From: Takakia lepidozioides
Lineage: Eukaryota > Plantae > Bryophyta
Direction of reading: 5' to 3'
NCBI GenBank assembly: GCA_030704615.1
Contig: CM060731.1
Coordinates: 15,004,001-15,068,000, forward strand
Length of the DNA: 64,000 bases
Shown here one piece after another: positions 25,303 through 38,408 of this stretch. Position numbers and translations under genes: made by a program. Positions within the stretch are counted from its first letter, which is position 1, and every line of letters begins with the position of its first letter. The notes under the pieces are model-generated. The model did no database searches. It saw only the letters and a program-made list of their open reading frames with translations, and had not been told where the DNA came from.

Positions 25303-28300
25303 GAGACTGTCAGACCCTACCTTTGTTTTCTTTAGTGTTCAGTGAGCGGAGATAGGGGAGTACTGCTTTGTCTCTACCTGGCAGAAAGAGGAGGAGGGTT
25401 GGTTAGAGCGAGCTACTGTAGCTTGGGACAAGGTTAGTGGCAGTTTTGGACATAGATATACCGCCTACACCTTACCATCATGCAGAGCGAGGCACTTTGA
25501 GAGAAGTAGCAGTTGATAGCATAGATCAGGATTAGATCTTGCTTGGTCGGGCTTCTATTCTTCCCCTCCATCTCTTTACTATTTTCATTACTTGTACTTG
25601 TAGTTGCCAAAGCCTCTCTTGGTGGAGGCCAGTCAGTCCGGGGTTTTGGGCTGGGATATTCTGCAGGATCAGCATTGCAGATGGATTTTGGTGTGGGGGT
25701 GTTGATGTTTTGATTTCTTGTGTTTGGATCCCCCCCAACACCTGCATGCTTGACTGTGCGCCATGTTGGTTTTGTGTGGGCGCTTGCTTTCATAGGGATT
25801 AGGCCGGATTTGATCACCGGTCAATCCTAGAGTATGCTGTCGGTGGTGAGGCTGGAGTGATGACCAGCAAGACCACCAGTGTTTCTTCTATGGTGAACTG
25901 GGTTGATGACAGCCAACCATAGGAGTTCTTGCGGTGGATGCAGGTGCAGGTGCCCTGAGCCACTGGGATATGACCCTTAAACTGCAACAGTGCCACCGTG
26001 TCACTATTAGAATTAGTACTAGAGCCTTATAGTGTCACGTGGGGAGGTGCACATTGTGAGTGTCATCACGGAGTTACCCAGGGGTTCTGAGGGGAGTACG
26101 GCTACAGGCAGTAACAGTGAGAGTGGGTTCACCAGACGAGGTGTTCGTTTCAGACCACCTTCACCTCCACCCTCAACTAGTGCAGAGTCAGACACAGACT
26201 CGGAGGCTTCATCAACAGGTGTGCAGTTTCATTCGCCATTGTTGTGGGACGACATGGAGGAGATGTATGGAGCTACCAAGGGGCCTCGTAGGTACTCTGG
26301 AGCTGTGGGCACAATTGAGCTGGATGACTTTATCCAGGAGTTCGACAGCTGGTGTGATTTGCAGCAGATGCGCAATCCACAGCTATTCACCCCATTCATG
26401 GCGTGGAAGGGACTGTTCCAGCATTTGGAAGGCCCGCCTATGGACGATTACCACGAGTTCAGGCGAGGACATGAAGCAGAGATTGAGGAGTGGAGGATGT
26501 ATTGGTCACCTGACTACGTCTCCATTACTCGAGGCACGACGCGACCAGTAGCTGCATCAGTACCAATATCTCCCACTGCCAGCACTAGTAGTGGAACAAG
26601 TAGTGCGGTACTTCTGCAGGTGGTACCAGTTCAAAAAGGTGCTACTACTCCTCCTGCCACGACTACAACACATGTGCCTAGATTCAACCCGGTGGTGGAG
26701 TTCTTCCAGGAGTTGCGGAGGAACTACCAAGGTGTACGGACAGAGAAGCTGCGAAGTTTGCAAGACTTCCAGCGCAAACCCAGTGAGAGCTGCGAGAGGC
26801 GTACACTCGTATGAGGCGCTTGATAAGTGTGACCCAAGGGGTTACTGAAGCTCAGCAATCCAGTTTGGTATGGAATTCTGGACAAGGAGCTCAGAGAAGG
26901 GTGCGAGATGCAACCCTGTTACAAGCAGCCCAACCCACATTAGCAGATGTGTTTCTGCTGGCTGAGCGGATTGAGCTCAACATGGTGGAGGAGCGAGTTG
27001 TTACCATTGGATTTGGCAAGGACATGCCTGCACGAGGCGCAGCTGCCAGCCCACAGGCACAAGGGACTGCCCAACAGCGTGGTCAGGGGGGCAAGGTTTC
27101 CCAACCATGGAGCTTACAGGGGACCTCAGGTGCAGAGGCCCGTGGCATCTTTTGCAGGCCAACAGCAACCAGGGGTGATATGTTGGACATGTGGAGGACC
27201 CCATGTCAAGAGAGATTGCCCAGAGAGTGGCAGAAGGCCGGCACAAGCACAGCCTGCACAGTTGCAGTGTGGGCATTGTGGCAAGTATGGGCATGGAGAT
27301 GCCCAGTGTTATGACTTGCATCCTGAGTTGCGCCCAGGCCAGTTCCAAGGGAACAATGGTGGCCGGGGGCGAGGTGGACCAGCCCAGAGAGGACGAGGTG
27401 GTCGGGCACGAGGTGCAGGCCAAGGGCAAGCTCAACATGGCCAAGGACGCGGAGGTCAGGGTGTTGACCAAGGCATGGCCAACCGGCTTCAGCAGCTAGA
27501 GCAGAGGCTCGCTGCCATGGCTACAGCTCAGCAGGCTCCCGGGATGGTCCACCTCCTGCTCCTGAGGGAGGAGATATGGGAGGCATGGGATTCATGTGCG
27601 GAGCAGCACTACCACTAGAGCAGGTGGAGTCTGCTGCTGCAGCCGTGACTCGAGGAGCAGCACGAGTTCCTGAGCCACGAGGTGCAGAGGTGGAATTGGA
27701 TCCACAGCGTGGGGAGGCAAGCCGTCAGGCGAGGCTTCCTCAGTCATTCACATTGGCGGAGACTGTGTCGACGCCATCCATGGCACCTAGTTCTCGCCCG
27801 ACTGTTACCGAGGCGGAGGTTACTATGCCATTGGGGAGAGCTACACGTGCAGCACTGACACCTGCTGCCAAGGCTAGTGCAGCCGGTGTGTTGGGGGCAG
27901 CCACCTCTGTGTGTCAAGCCCCACTGTTCTCGGCAACCATGATTGCGACGCGGGGGGGTAAGACCAGCTGCAGTGTTCAGACTAGCAGCAACACTCTGTG
28001 AGAGTGGGGAGGTCACTTCATCTTCTGCGGAGTTACTGGAAGGTGTAGTGGCAGAGGGATCCTCGGATTTGAGGGTCAAGACTGCCACGGCTGCGCCATG
28101 GCAAGCTGCAGCTGCCAGGTTGACGGAGCTGCCAGCTAGGCCAGCCTTTGAGCGCGCCATGGTGACACCTGGAGTTGTCTTGTTAGACAACCAGGAGGCA
28201 TTTTCACTTTGAGTGGACCGGCAGGCAAGAAGTACCGGCCACTGCGGGGTCTTGTTGGACTCAGGAGCTCAGCCACTGATGTTGGGCAGAGCTGCTATTG

Positions 28301-28954
28301 CAGGTTTGGGCCTCATGGAGGCGGATATGGAGCCTTGTCCTTTCCAGATACAGACATCTCTGGGAGGATCAGAGCAGGCTCGGGCATGACACGGCTGTTG
28401 GCCATTAGACTGCAACCGGATCATCCTGTAGATGGCAGTGATGCGAGCCAAGGCCATTGTGACACAGACGCGGTCTCTTACGATGTTTGTTGGTGGGGCG
28501 TGTTATATCCCATGGGCTTCACCCTGGATTTTGGGAGGAGTCAGCATCCTACAGGCCTGGATGGCAGTCAGGGGATGGTCGTCGTGCACAGCTCCCTGTG
28601 ACATTCATTGGGGGTATTGCGGCTGCCCAGCGGGGCAAGATGCCAACACTAGCCGCCTTTACAGCTGCAGTTAGTTGGCCTGGAGAGTTGCTGGAAGGCA
28701 ATGCCCATGCAGAGGATGTGCCACCTCCAGCAGAGCAGGATGACATGCATGGTACGGCGGAGTTGCCTGCCATGGTTGCTCACACTCCATTGTGGGGTAC
28801 GAGCAAGGATTTGCAGCAGGCTGCTGATGGACGGGTGCAACAAGCCTGGGTAGAGGCCTTCGTACCGTCAGGAGAAGAGGAGAGTGCGGTGATTGCACCA
28901 GGACCACCTCAGTTGTCGCCATTGGACACCACACCTCTTGTGTGGCAGTGCCGG

Positions 28955-29900
28955 ATGAAGGCATATGCCTTCTGGACTTGTTTGGCGGGATCAGCACTGG
29001 ATTGGCTGCAGTACTGCAGGCAGGTGTACGAGTTCGACGTTACCTGTATGTGGAGAGGGATGAGACTGCACGACGCGTCTCACTGCGCCATGTTGGTTGG
29101 TACAGCAGTACCCTGATTTGTTGCCAGTGTCTGCAGTTCGTGGATACCAACAAGCCTTGCCAGCAGACATTTCGTTGCTGGGGGCGCAGGATTTGGAGCG
29201 GGTTGGCTCCATTGATCTGGTAGTGGCAGGTTGGCCCTGCCAAGGGCATTCATCAGCCGGGCATGGCAATGGATTGCGAGACTCGAGGACGGGTCTGTTT
29301 TGGGAGATGGTGCGGATTTTGCGCCACTTGCAGCTTCATCAAGCTGTATCTCCAGCATACATCTTGGAGAATGTGCCACTGATGGGTGATTCTCGGGCCA
29401 GGGTGATGGCCAGTGTGCATCAAGTCCGGTCGTGGCTTGGGTCAGCAGTGTTGCTGGATGCAGCTGCAATGGGCTCATCGTCCACGGCTATGGTGGACTA
29501 ACTTGATGCCACCCGCACTGCTCAAGCGTGCATTTGATGGGGTGCAGCGGCCAGCACACCTCACAGTGGATAGCATTTTGGACACAGGGAGGCAGTCTCA
29601 ACGTGTGAGACACGATGACCGTTCGCCTTTGGCAGTGGTCAACAGGGGGTCAACCACGAGCAGCATTACCTACACTGCTCAGCTTCCCAGGATCCCATGC
29701 TTTTCGGGATGGTGGACCTGGCCTTGTGGGATAGCCAGTTGCAACAATTAGTGGAGCCAATGCTGACGAGCGCGAGCGGGCGATGGGTTTTCCACTGGTA
29801 CCACGGCGGTGCCATCTCTTTCTGAGGCATCACGTCGTCAGGTGTTGGGGCAAGCAATGGATCTCAATTGCTTGACCTGGATTATCAGCTTGGCTATGGC
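28955..29900 (+). pseudogene. G3 DNMT3-like C5 methyltransferase domain, catalytic motifs intact
   Basis: EGICLLDLFGGI, YVERD, DLVVAGWPCQG, YILENV, HRPRLWWTNL, MGF..RRQVLGQAMD. Confidence 0.9.
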
Positions 29901-32900
29901 TGAGCACGCAGAGTACGGAGTACACTTCCCTTCATGGTCTCCCTGCCTACCGAGACGGTACAGGCAGCGAGTGGGGGCGAGCAGGTGAGGACCACGAGGT
30001 GCAGGCCGCATCCATGGCACACGTGGGAGGTGCTCGAGGTTCAGAGGAGTTGGCAGCCAAGGCGGCGGTGATGGATCAGGTTGGGGATTTTCTCGGATTG
30101 AGGAGGTCTCAAGGATGGGATGATGGGGCAGGATGAGGATTGTCACTGACAGAGGAAGTGGTCACTGCTCAAGAGGTTGCAGCATAGCAACCACGGGACG
30201 CGTCTCTACCTCTAAGCCTGCTGGACTCAAGGTTGCAGTCACGGAGGACAACTGGGAGCCTGATTTGGGTCACCGGAGGAGAGAGACGACGTATACGGCG
30301 GTTTTGAGGCTTACAGGAACTGCTTTGCCTTCAGTTTGAAGGACTTAGGAGCACTGAAGGGTCAAGAGCGCATTGAATTGGCTACTGACACGCCAATCTT
30401 TCGGAGACCCTATAGATACAGTGACTTGAGAGGTCCTTGATTCAGATGAGAACTCAGGACCTTGGGAGGCTGGTTTGGTTGAGCTATCTGGGGGAGAGTA
30501 TGCTTCAGCCACAGTGATGCCAGCCAAGAAGGACATTGGACGGAGAGACGTATGTGCGTGATTACCGGCCTGTAAATCGTCAGACCAAGTCCGATAGGTA
30601 TGCCATGCCAACACCAGAGGAGATCTTTGATGCCATTGGGCATGCCAAGGTCTTTAGCACGTTGGATTTACGATCCGGATATCACCAGTTGCCGATCAAG
30701 GAGGCGGATAAGCAAAAGACGACATTTTGGGGGATCAATGAGAACTCAGGACCTTGAGCTATCTGGGGGAGAGTATGCTTTGATGAAGCAATTATGTGCG
30801 GTGATTTGGTCAAGTCCGATAGGTATGCCATGGAGGAGATCTTTGGGCATGTCTTTTTGGGAGCCAATTGCCGATTTCCAATCGAGCTATCATGCTTCAC
30901 CACAGTGATGGAATTGGACGAGAGACGTATGTGCGGTGATTTGTAAATCGTTCCTCCATGAGGAATTAGCACACTCACCAGTTGCCGATGGATCATTGAT
31001 TCAGGAGATGAGCTATCTATGCTTCAGCCACAATGATGGACCGGAGAGACGTATGTGCGGTGATTACCGGCCTGTAAATCGTGTCCGATAGGTATGCCAT
31101 TCTTTGACATTGGGCATGCCAAGGCCCGATCCGGAGTTGGATTGATAGACGGCATCAATAGGACCTTTGGGAGGCTGGTTTGGTTGAGCTATCTGGGGGA
31201 GAGTATGCTTCAGCCACAGTGATGCCAGCCAAGAAGGATGTCTTTGGCAATTGGACGGAGAGACGTATGTGCGGTGATTACCGGCTGTAAATCGTCAGAC
31301 CAAGTCCGATAGGTATGCCATGCCAACATCAGAGGAGATCTTTGATGCCATTGGGCATCCAAGGTCTTTAGCACGTTGGATTTACGATCCGGATATCACC
31401 AGTTGCCGATCAAGGAGGCGGATAAGCAAAAGACGGCATTCTGGGGATCAATGAGCACGGGAAGGATTGCCTATACCAGTGGCGGTTCTTACCATTTGGG
31501 CTTAAAACGCTCCGCAGAGTTTCAAGAGAGTCATGGACAGGATTCTAGCAAGGGTGGAGTTTGCTCGGTGCTACATAGATGACATCATCATCTTTAGTGC
31601 TACGGTGGAAGAGCATGAGAGACACCTTCAGGGGGTATTTGAGCGCTTGAGGGCGCACGGATTGAAGTTACATCCGGGAAAGTGCAAGTTTTTCCACAAC
31701 CAGATTGAGTATCTGGGTCACATGATATATCCTGGAGGATGGGGGTACAGTAGACTAAGGTAGAGTCCATTGCACAGGTTCCACGCCCCACGGATGTGAG
31801 CCGAGTTCGAGCTTTCATGGGGTTAGCAAACTATTATAGACGGTTTGTTAAGGGATTTAGTGCCATTGCAAAGGCTCTAACCAAGCTGACCAAGGTGGAC
31901 CAGGAGTGGCAGTGGGAAGATGAGCAAGAACAAGCTTTTCAAGAGCTCAAGGCGAGGTTGACCTCGGCGCCCATCTTGAGACGACCTATCAGGGGGCGTC
32001 TTTTCAGCTGCATACAGATTGGAGCATGCTGGGGCTTGGAGCGGTGCTCACACAGGTGGATGATGAGGGAAGAGAGTTTGTAGTGGCTTATGCTAGCCGC
32101 TCGAACAATGTTGCAGAGTCTAAGTATAGCTCATATGAGGGAGAATGCTTAGCTGCAGTGTGGGCCGTGGCACACTTCAGGTGCTATCTATACGGCAATC
32201 TCTTCACCCTTGTCACGGATCACCAACCACTCAAGTGGTTGATGGAGTCAGACAAGCTTACGGGGAAGCTTGCACGGTGGGCACTCATCCTTCAAGAGTA
32301 TGACTTTCAGGTGGTGCATCGACCGGGTTTGGTCAATCGCAATGCAGATGGGTTGAGTCGCAATCCATGCACGAGCCAGCAGGATGACACTGGAGCTCGG
32401 TGGCATGGTGACGAGGAGATGGTGCCCGGATGGCATGCATCTGCATTTCTGTGTATCTTGGCAGCGGAAGGCCAGGTTGGACCTGCAACAGGGATGACTG
32501 TAGATCAAGTGTCTGAGGACCCTGAGGCCAGCAATGAGCAAGGCGCCAAAGATATACATGAGGATTCAGTTGTGTTGGACTACCTCCGCACTGGAGACTG
32601 CAGCCACTGTGACTGCCAAGGAGAGGGATCGGATCCTACAACGAGCCAAGAGGTTCAAGTGGGAGGGGACACACCTGCTCGAGTGTGGGAGGATGGTCGA
32701 GTGAGGATTGTGCCTCACCCAACACAGCGGGCACGGTTAGTGCGGCATGCCCATGAGGAGTTGGGGCATTTTGGGGTGCGACGCACTCATAGTCTACTGC
32801 AAGGGCAGTATTGGTGGCGTGGTATGCACACAGAGGTGCAACAATTTGTGGCTAGGTGCATGGTGTGTGACAGGGTGCGTGCTTCATTCAACGCCCCTAC

Positions 32901-33844
32901 TCCACAATTGCACCCTCTTCCGATCATGGGATTGGGCTACAGGTGGAGTCTTGACTTCGCAGGGCGTTGCCACTGACCATGCGCCACAACAAGTACGTGT
33001 TGGTGATGGTGGAGCACTTCTCCAAGTGGATTGAATTGGTTCCATTGCCTGATAAGGCTAGTGAGGGAGCTGCGTATGCATTCTTGGATTGTGTGCTTAG
33101 CCGATTCGGTGCTCCAGCTGAGGTACTCACGGACCAAGGGAGAGAGTTCTTGGGGGAGTTTCAAGCTTTGTGTGACAAGGCCTTGATAGACCACCGCACC
33201 ACTTCTCGGGATCATCCTGAGGCCGATGGCTTGGCAGAGAGAGTTGTTCAGACAGTAAAGAGGGGTTTGCGCAAGTATGGCTTGCAGAAGGGACACCTAG
33301 GAGATTGGGACCTTCAGTTACCCTGGTTAGCCATGGGCTACAGGTTCAGCAAGCAAGCATCACTTGCCTCCTTCTCGCCATACTTTCTTCTCTTTGGCCG
33401 AGAGCCGGATTTGCCTACATCCACTCGCAGAGAAGCTGCTACAGTTCTTAACCTTGACGATCCGGACGTGTGGGCACGTGCATATGAGCAGCGTGCAGAG
33501 TTGTTCAAGAAAGTCATGCCCATGGCTTTCGAGAACCTTGCCATTGCACAACATCGTGATACGTTGAGGTATGTTACCATACGTGGTGGGGGCTATCGTC
33601 TTGGGGTTTGGAGATTCAACCCTGGTGACTATGTCTATCTGCAGCAGACTGCTCCTACGACCTTGGATGTGACTGCAGGACGTGTTATTTTGAGGGTTCG
33701 AGAGGTTTTGCCCTCAGGCGTCTTGGTCTTGGAGGGTCGAGATGGCATAACTTGGAAGGACCATGTGCGTAATTCTGCGCCATGTCACCTTCCGAATGTC
33801 GATGGCAGGATTGACCCAAACCTGGCAGTGGTATCTGCAAGTTT

Positions 33845-33992
33845 GAAATGCATGTTGTGTGGGTCTGCTAGAAGGGCAGCCATCATGCTGATGTGTGATC
33901 GATGCTCTAGAGGTTGGCATATAGGATGCTTGACTCCACCTCTTGAGATGGTTCCTACTGGGGATTGGTTATGTCCGCATTGCATTGGATAG
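33845..33992 (+). other. PHD finger at integrase C-terminus
   Basis: CMLCGSARRAAIMLMCDRCSRGWHIGCLTPPLEMVPTGDWLCPHC fits C4HC3. Confidence 0.9.
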
Positions 33993-34241
33993 TGGGAGTG
34001 GATACAACCATGGGAGGCTAACAAGAAATGCAAGACCAAGCTACTAAGAGACCTTGAACACCCGAGATCCTGGCTCAAGTTCACAGATTGCAAGACGGCG
34101 ACTAACGATGGGGCTACTCTTGTACCCGGCCTCTTGGTCTACAGAGTTTGAGTACAACAGGGACAATGATAGAGGACTTAGTACGGCTGTGGCTATTACA
34201 TCTTGTAGCTATCTGGAGTTAGAGGGACCTATCCACCAGCT

Positions 34242-34250
34242 AAGGGGGCG
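34242..34250 (+). promoter_or_regulatory. G3 polypurine tract
   Basis: AAGGGGGCG followed by AT and TGTGGCAG. Confidence 0.75.
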
Positions 34251-34252
34251 AT

Positions 34253-34694
34253 TGTGGCAGACTACTTTATTGTGCATATATGTGTGGTGTGGTTTGGACA
34301 GCGATGTAGTTGTGTAGCGATATGTATGTGCACGACAGCTGTCAAGTTAAATAAACACAGTGTGAAACTAACTAGAATAAAACTAGTTATTTGTATTTAA
34401 CACTTGGATTTAGTTCAAGTGTTAAGTCAAGTGTCAAGTTTGAGCTTGACACCTGAACCATCTTATCTTCACGAGAGCGTCAGTCGAGCAGCTCATCTCT
34501 CTCGAGTTGAGCCTGCGCGACCGAGCTCCTTCACGCTTTAGAATCTGAGTGTGCTTATGTATGGAGTATAGGGTGTTGTGGGGTGGAGTCCCCATAGCTT
34601 GGGGTGCCCCTGGCTCGACTATTATCTTAACGAGTGATGCTGCTGGATTCATGTTGTTTCTTGTGTGAACAGTGTGTTCTTAGCTTTCTTATCA
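34253..34694 (+). repeat. G3 complete canonical LTR (TG..CA, 442 bp) = B-gc-A
   Basis: Starts 2 nt after the PPT; ends TTATCA, the position that precedes the PBS in the 5' copy. Confidence 0.8.
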
Positions 34695-34698
34695 CTAT

Positions 34699-34783
34699 TG
34701 TGGCAGACTACTTTATTATGCATATATGTGTGGTGTGGTTTGGACAGCGATGTAGTTGTGTAGCGATATGTATGCGCACGACA
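34699..34783 (+). repeat. G3 terminal segment B (first 85 bp of the LTR), relocated to the right end
   Basis: Duplicate of 34253..34337, joined via CA-CT-AT-TG at 34693-34700. Confidence 0.88.
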
Positions 34784-37700
34784 TCTACCTGAGTATATGG
34801 TTCTTCTGGAGAATTATGTCTGAAAATGTACATGCTCAGCTATAGGATTTTCTTGACACCCAATCAGCGCACACTAACCGGGCATGAAAGGTCGTGACAA
34901 GTTGGACTTAGTTAGGCGCTCTTTTAATGGCACTCGCATGATCGCACTGCATATTGCCCAAAGGCAGGCAAGCCTGTGGGCCAACCTCGGTCGTGTCTCC
35001 AAAAGCTTGGAGCGCCATCATTAGACAGAACCCAGCGTTGTAGTGTTCCAGGAGTACCTCAAGGATTCTCATTCTCTTGGACCCTGCTGACGATGACGAA
35101 TTCCAATTTGCAAAGGCAGAGCTGAAATAAACTTCGCAAGTGCCCATTGGCAAAGACGACATTGGAGCTTGTGGACAACGTTCCACAGATCACGCAAATT
35201 CCTTGTCCACACCAAACGAGTATGTCTCAGTCTCTGCACCACTGCAGACGGCAGCTCACTGAGCGCCCACTGGCTCTACGAATCATCTCTATATACCCAC
35301 ACAATTGCATTGAAAGCCTCTAAACCCATTCGACCGCCGTTCGGTTGACCACTTTTCCCCAGCTTGTGATGCTCAAATTTAGTGTTACTACTACTAACAT
35401 TTCTGCTCCAACGACGAAATTCTTCGAACAAACAGCCTAGTATGATCAGAGAGAGAGAGAGAGGGGGGGGGAGAGAGATTTACATTGAATGAGTGACATT
35501 ACTGACATTACCATTGGTGGCAGTTTTCTTTTTCGTTTTTCAAAGCCACGGGTCACATGTAAATTCTACACAGTGCCCATGTGGCGATATCAACGAGGTG
35601 GCAGGGTAAGAAAACTGGTTATATAACGGTGGCACGTTTTGCGAGTTCCACGTAAGCAAATTTAGGCTCTTGATTGGAGGCTTGCCTCTCCCCTCCAACT
35701 TACTACCTGCAACTACTAACTAATCTATGCCTAGGTCTCCACTAAAATATTATAGATATTATATATCATATTATATTTCTATAGTCCATATATTATAAAT
35801 GATTTATTAGATAGTAGAGGCTACATGTTGTACCTACACAGGGCTACATCAGCACCTACTATCTACCTTAAAAAGCAAAAATATGGAACAGGTACCATAG
35901 CTAGGGTATACTTGGCCTATTTTGCCATCATTGGAAGATGCTGTAAGACACTGGATTTCTTAAATGTTTAAAACAGTTTTAGACATGCAATCAACTTCAA
36001 GAGCAAATAGTTCAGAACCAGATGTCAAGATTCTCCGTGTTTAATCTGAATTTGCAAGCTGCAATTACGATGTTCTTGTGGTCACATATGACAGAATCCA
36101 TGGAAGCTGTTGTGTTTTGTGATGGATCATTACATGTCAAGCTTTGAAATCAACCAAGACCAAGCTTTAAATTCATTCTGTGGTGTCATGAGCATACATC
36201 ACCATTGTCCAGACCACTCACTCTTTCAATCTTTCAGTCATGGCATTATGCTGAGGTTGAAGATATCTAAGGGGTGTGGTGTATTCTCTCTCTCTCAAAT
36301 TTTTCAAGTTTGTTCTGCTTTCCGGACTGAATCTTTCAGTGACTTTCCAGGATAGTTCTACCAAAAGTGAAACACTCATGCTCGAATGCTTACACATGCT
36401 CGAGATACAGAGCTCATCTCCTGAACTGTTTTTTCCTCCTAGGCTGAAACCCTAAGCGATACAATTGTAGCCGTTGCTAATTTGAAGCTGCACGCTTTGA
36501 ATCATCCCGCGTGTCAACGTCGCATCCTTTTGCATGCATCGCATTACGTGCCCATGCGCAACATTTCTCTAGTGTCGCGACTCTGAAGCAAGGCACACCC
36601 GAGATTGTTTTGGTCTGATTAGGAGAGAGAGACGACAAGGTTTCAGATCCGTCAATGCGTCAGACTTGTCTTCCACTGCACGCTTGATCCCGCAAAGGAT
36701 AGAATCTCAAGATGATTTGAAAGAGAGTGAAGTATGCATGGAGGTGCAAACTAGCTGGTTAGTAGAGCTTTCTACCTACGAAGCAACCATGGCGACAGTG
36801 CAGTAACGATTAGAGGCTTGTGTCCAATTTCTCGAAGAGATTTTACAACTCCTTACCTTTCTGCCTACAGATTTTCAAGAAATTATTGGGCTGAAGTTGT
36901 GAGAAGCCATTACGATGCCAGCATATCGTTCCGCTAAAGTATCACAATGTCCGCTATCTCTTGCACGCAGTGCTCAGTGCTGCGTCTGGAGGCTCCTTGA
37001 CACCATTCAGCAGGGGGAAGTCGTCAACATGTCATTCTCCTCAATACCCTAAGCTCTGCTCAAGGTTAGGTGACGGTAACGAAGAGGATTTGTGTGCATT
37101 ACTGAATAATCTTACCTTGGAAGATGTGGGGGCTTCAGGTCCAACACCGATGGCAGGCCCTCCCGAACGTAATGAGGGAGGCAAGGAGTCGTCAGCCGAA
37201 GGCTACTCGATACCACTCCAAACATCTCCTCTCAAACTCTTCGTCTTATGCTCCATCTTGGCCAACTGCATTATCAGCGCTTGAATCAGACTCTTTCGTT
37301 CCACATCTGTCGCAACAGTCTCTCTTCCCGTCATTCCGCACAAGGTGTTTAGTAAGACCCAAACTCAGCCTGATGTCACCTTGGACAAACATGGACAGCA
37401 AACAGCAAACGGATTTGGAACGATTTAGTCTCCATCTACTAGTAAGAGCTCATCTTCTGATAGCATCATACCTCTCCATAGTCACACATTTTGCTCAAGG
37501 TTAGATGACCGTTTGCAGGCTGGAAGTTTCTAGCAAGTTGGCAATTGCTACATTGTTGTTGTGGCGGTGCTGGCACTCTGAAAGTCCGCATGCATGGAAA
37601 TATGCAATGGGTTCAATTGGGATATTTAAATTGGGTCGTTTGTTTTATGCTAAGAGTGTTAGCCTGTTAGTTGGATTATCCTTTCAGCTGTGCTTAACAT

Positions 37701-38408
37701 ATTTCTGAAGGTGTGTTTCAGATGGATTCTCAACAATCAGCTACAGGCCAAATAGCTGCGGATCGCAACGTAACCACATTTCCACATAGAACAACAGACG
37801 CATCAAGAGAATCAAAGCCTCAATGCGTCAATTCAGCAGCCGGCTTGAAGGTCCTCCAGTGTCTTATTTTGCAGTGCTGTTGAGAGAGTGCTTGAAAGTA
37901 GTTGGACTGCCTTGTTTTAGCCACTTGCGCACTGTTAGGAGGATCTGAAGGCTCTAAAGAAACGTTCAACCACCACCACACTTTTCCCTCAATCACCCCT
38001 GTAATGGTAATAAGAGATATGGTTCATCTTCTGTACACAAAAGGCTTTCCTGGGCCTTGAGTCTCCTGTTGATTGCAACTATGCTCCAAATGTCTCCTAA
38101 CAAGATTGGGCCTCAGTGCTATGTTTTGTTTGCCCTTGAGAGAATTACAACTTCGATTTATGATACATGTGGAAGTTTCAAAAATTGGTTATGTTGTGTT
38201 GCAGCATGCTTTGACTGGAGATCAAGACTTAGTTGTTCGTGCATCTGCCCCTTTTGCTGGTCACGTGCCCTCCTGTCAGGAGTCGCCCACTCCAGATGCA
38301 TTTGGTTTCAGTGATCAGGAGCTTCAGGAACACCCCGTTTCTGCTACAGGGAAAGTAGACACATCACTTGATAATTCTCAGGAAGTGGCCAGCTTACATC
38401 CTTTGGGC

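Larger units (their letters stand above)
26032..33992 (+). pseudogene. G3 gag-pol polyprotein Gag-PR-DNMT-RT-RH-IN-PHD, frameshifted (many indels in homopolymers)
   Basis: Same motif series as G2; YIDD in ORF 31533..31763; RNase H/HHCC in 32026..32976; rve + PHD in 32967..33992. Confidence 0.92.
22110..34783 (+). mobile_element. Gypsy-DNMT element G3, full length, permuted LTR structure
   Basis: Ends TGTC(22110)..GACA(34783); TSD CCTA(22106-22109)/TCTA(34784-34787); 357-bp direct repeat 22110..22466 vs 34340..34696 with about 8 substitutions. Confidence 0.92.

Noticed and set aside
22110-34783. DIRS/PAT/Ngaro tyrosine-recombinase element, suggested by the split repeats
   Set aside because: Encodes aspartic protease and HHCC-DDE integrase, has a PPT and 4-bp TSDs; no YR motifs seen
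34800-38408. Short ORFs between G3 and the Copia
   Set aside because: No recognisable domain or consistent exon structure
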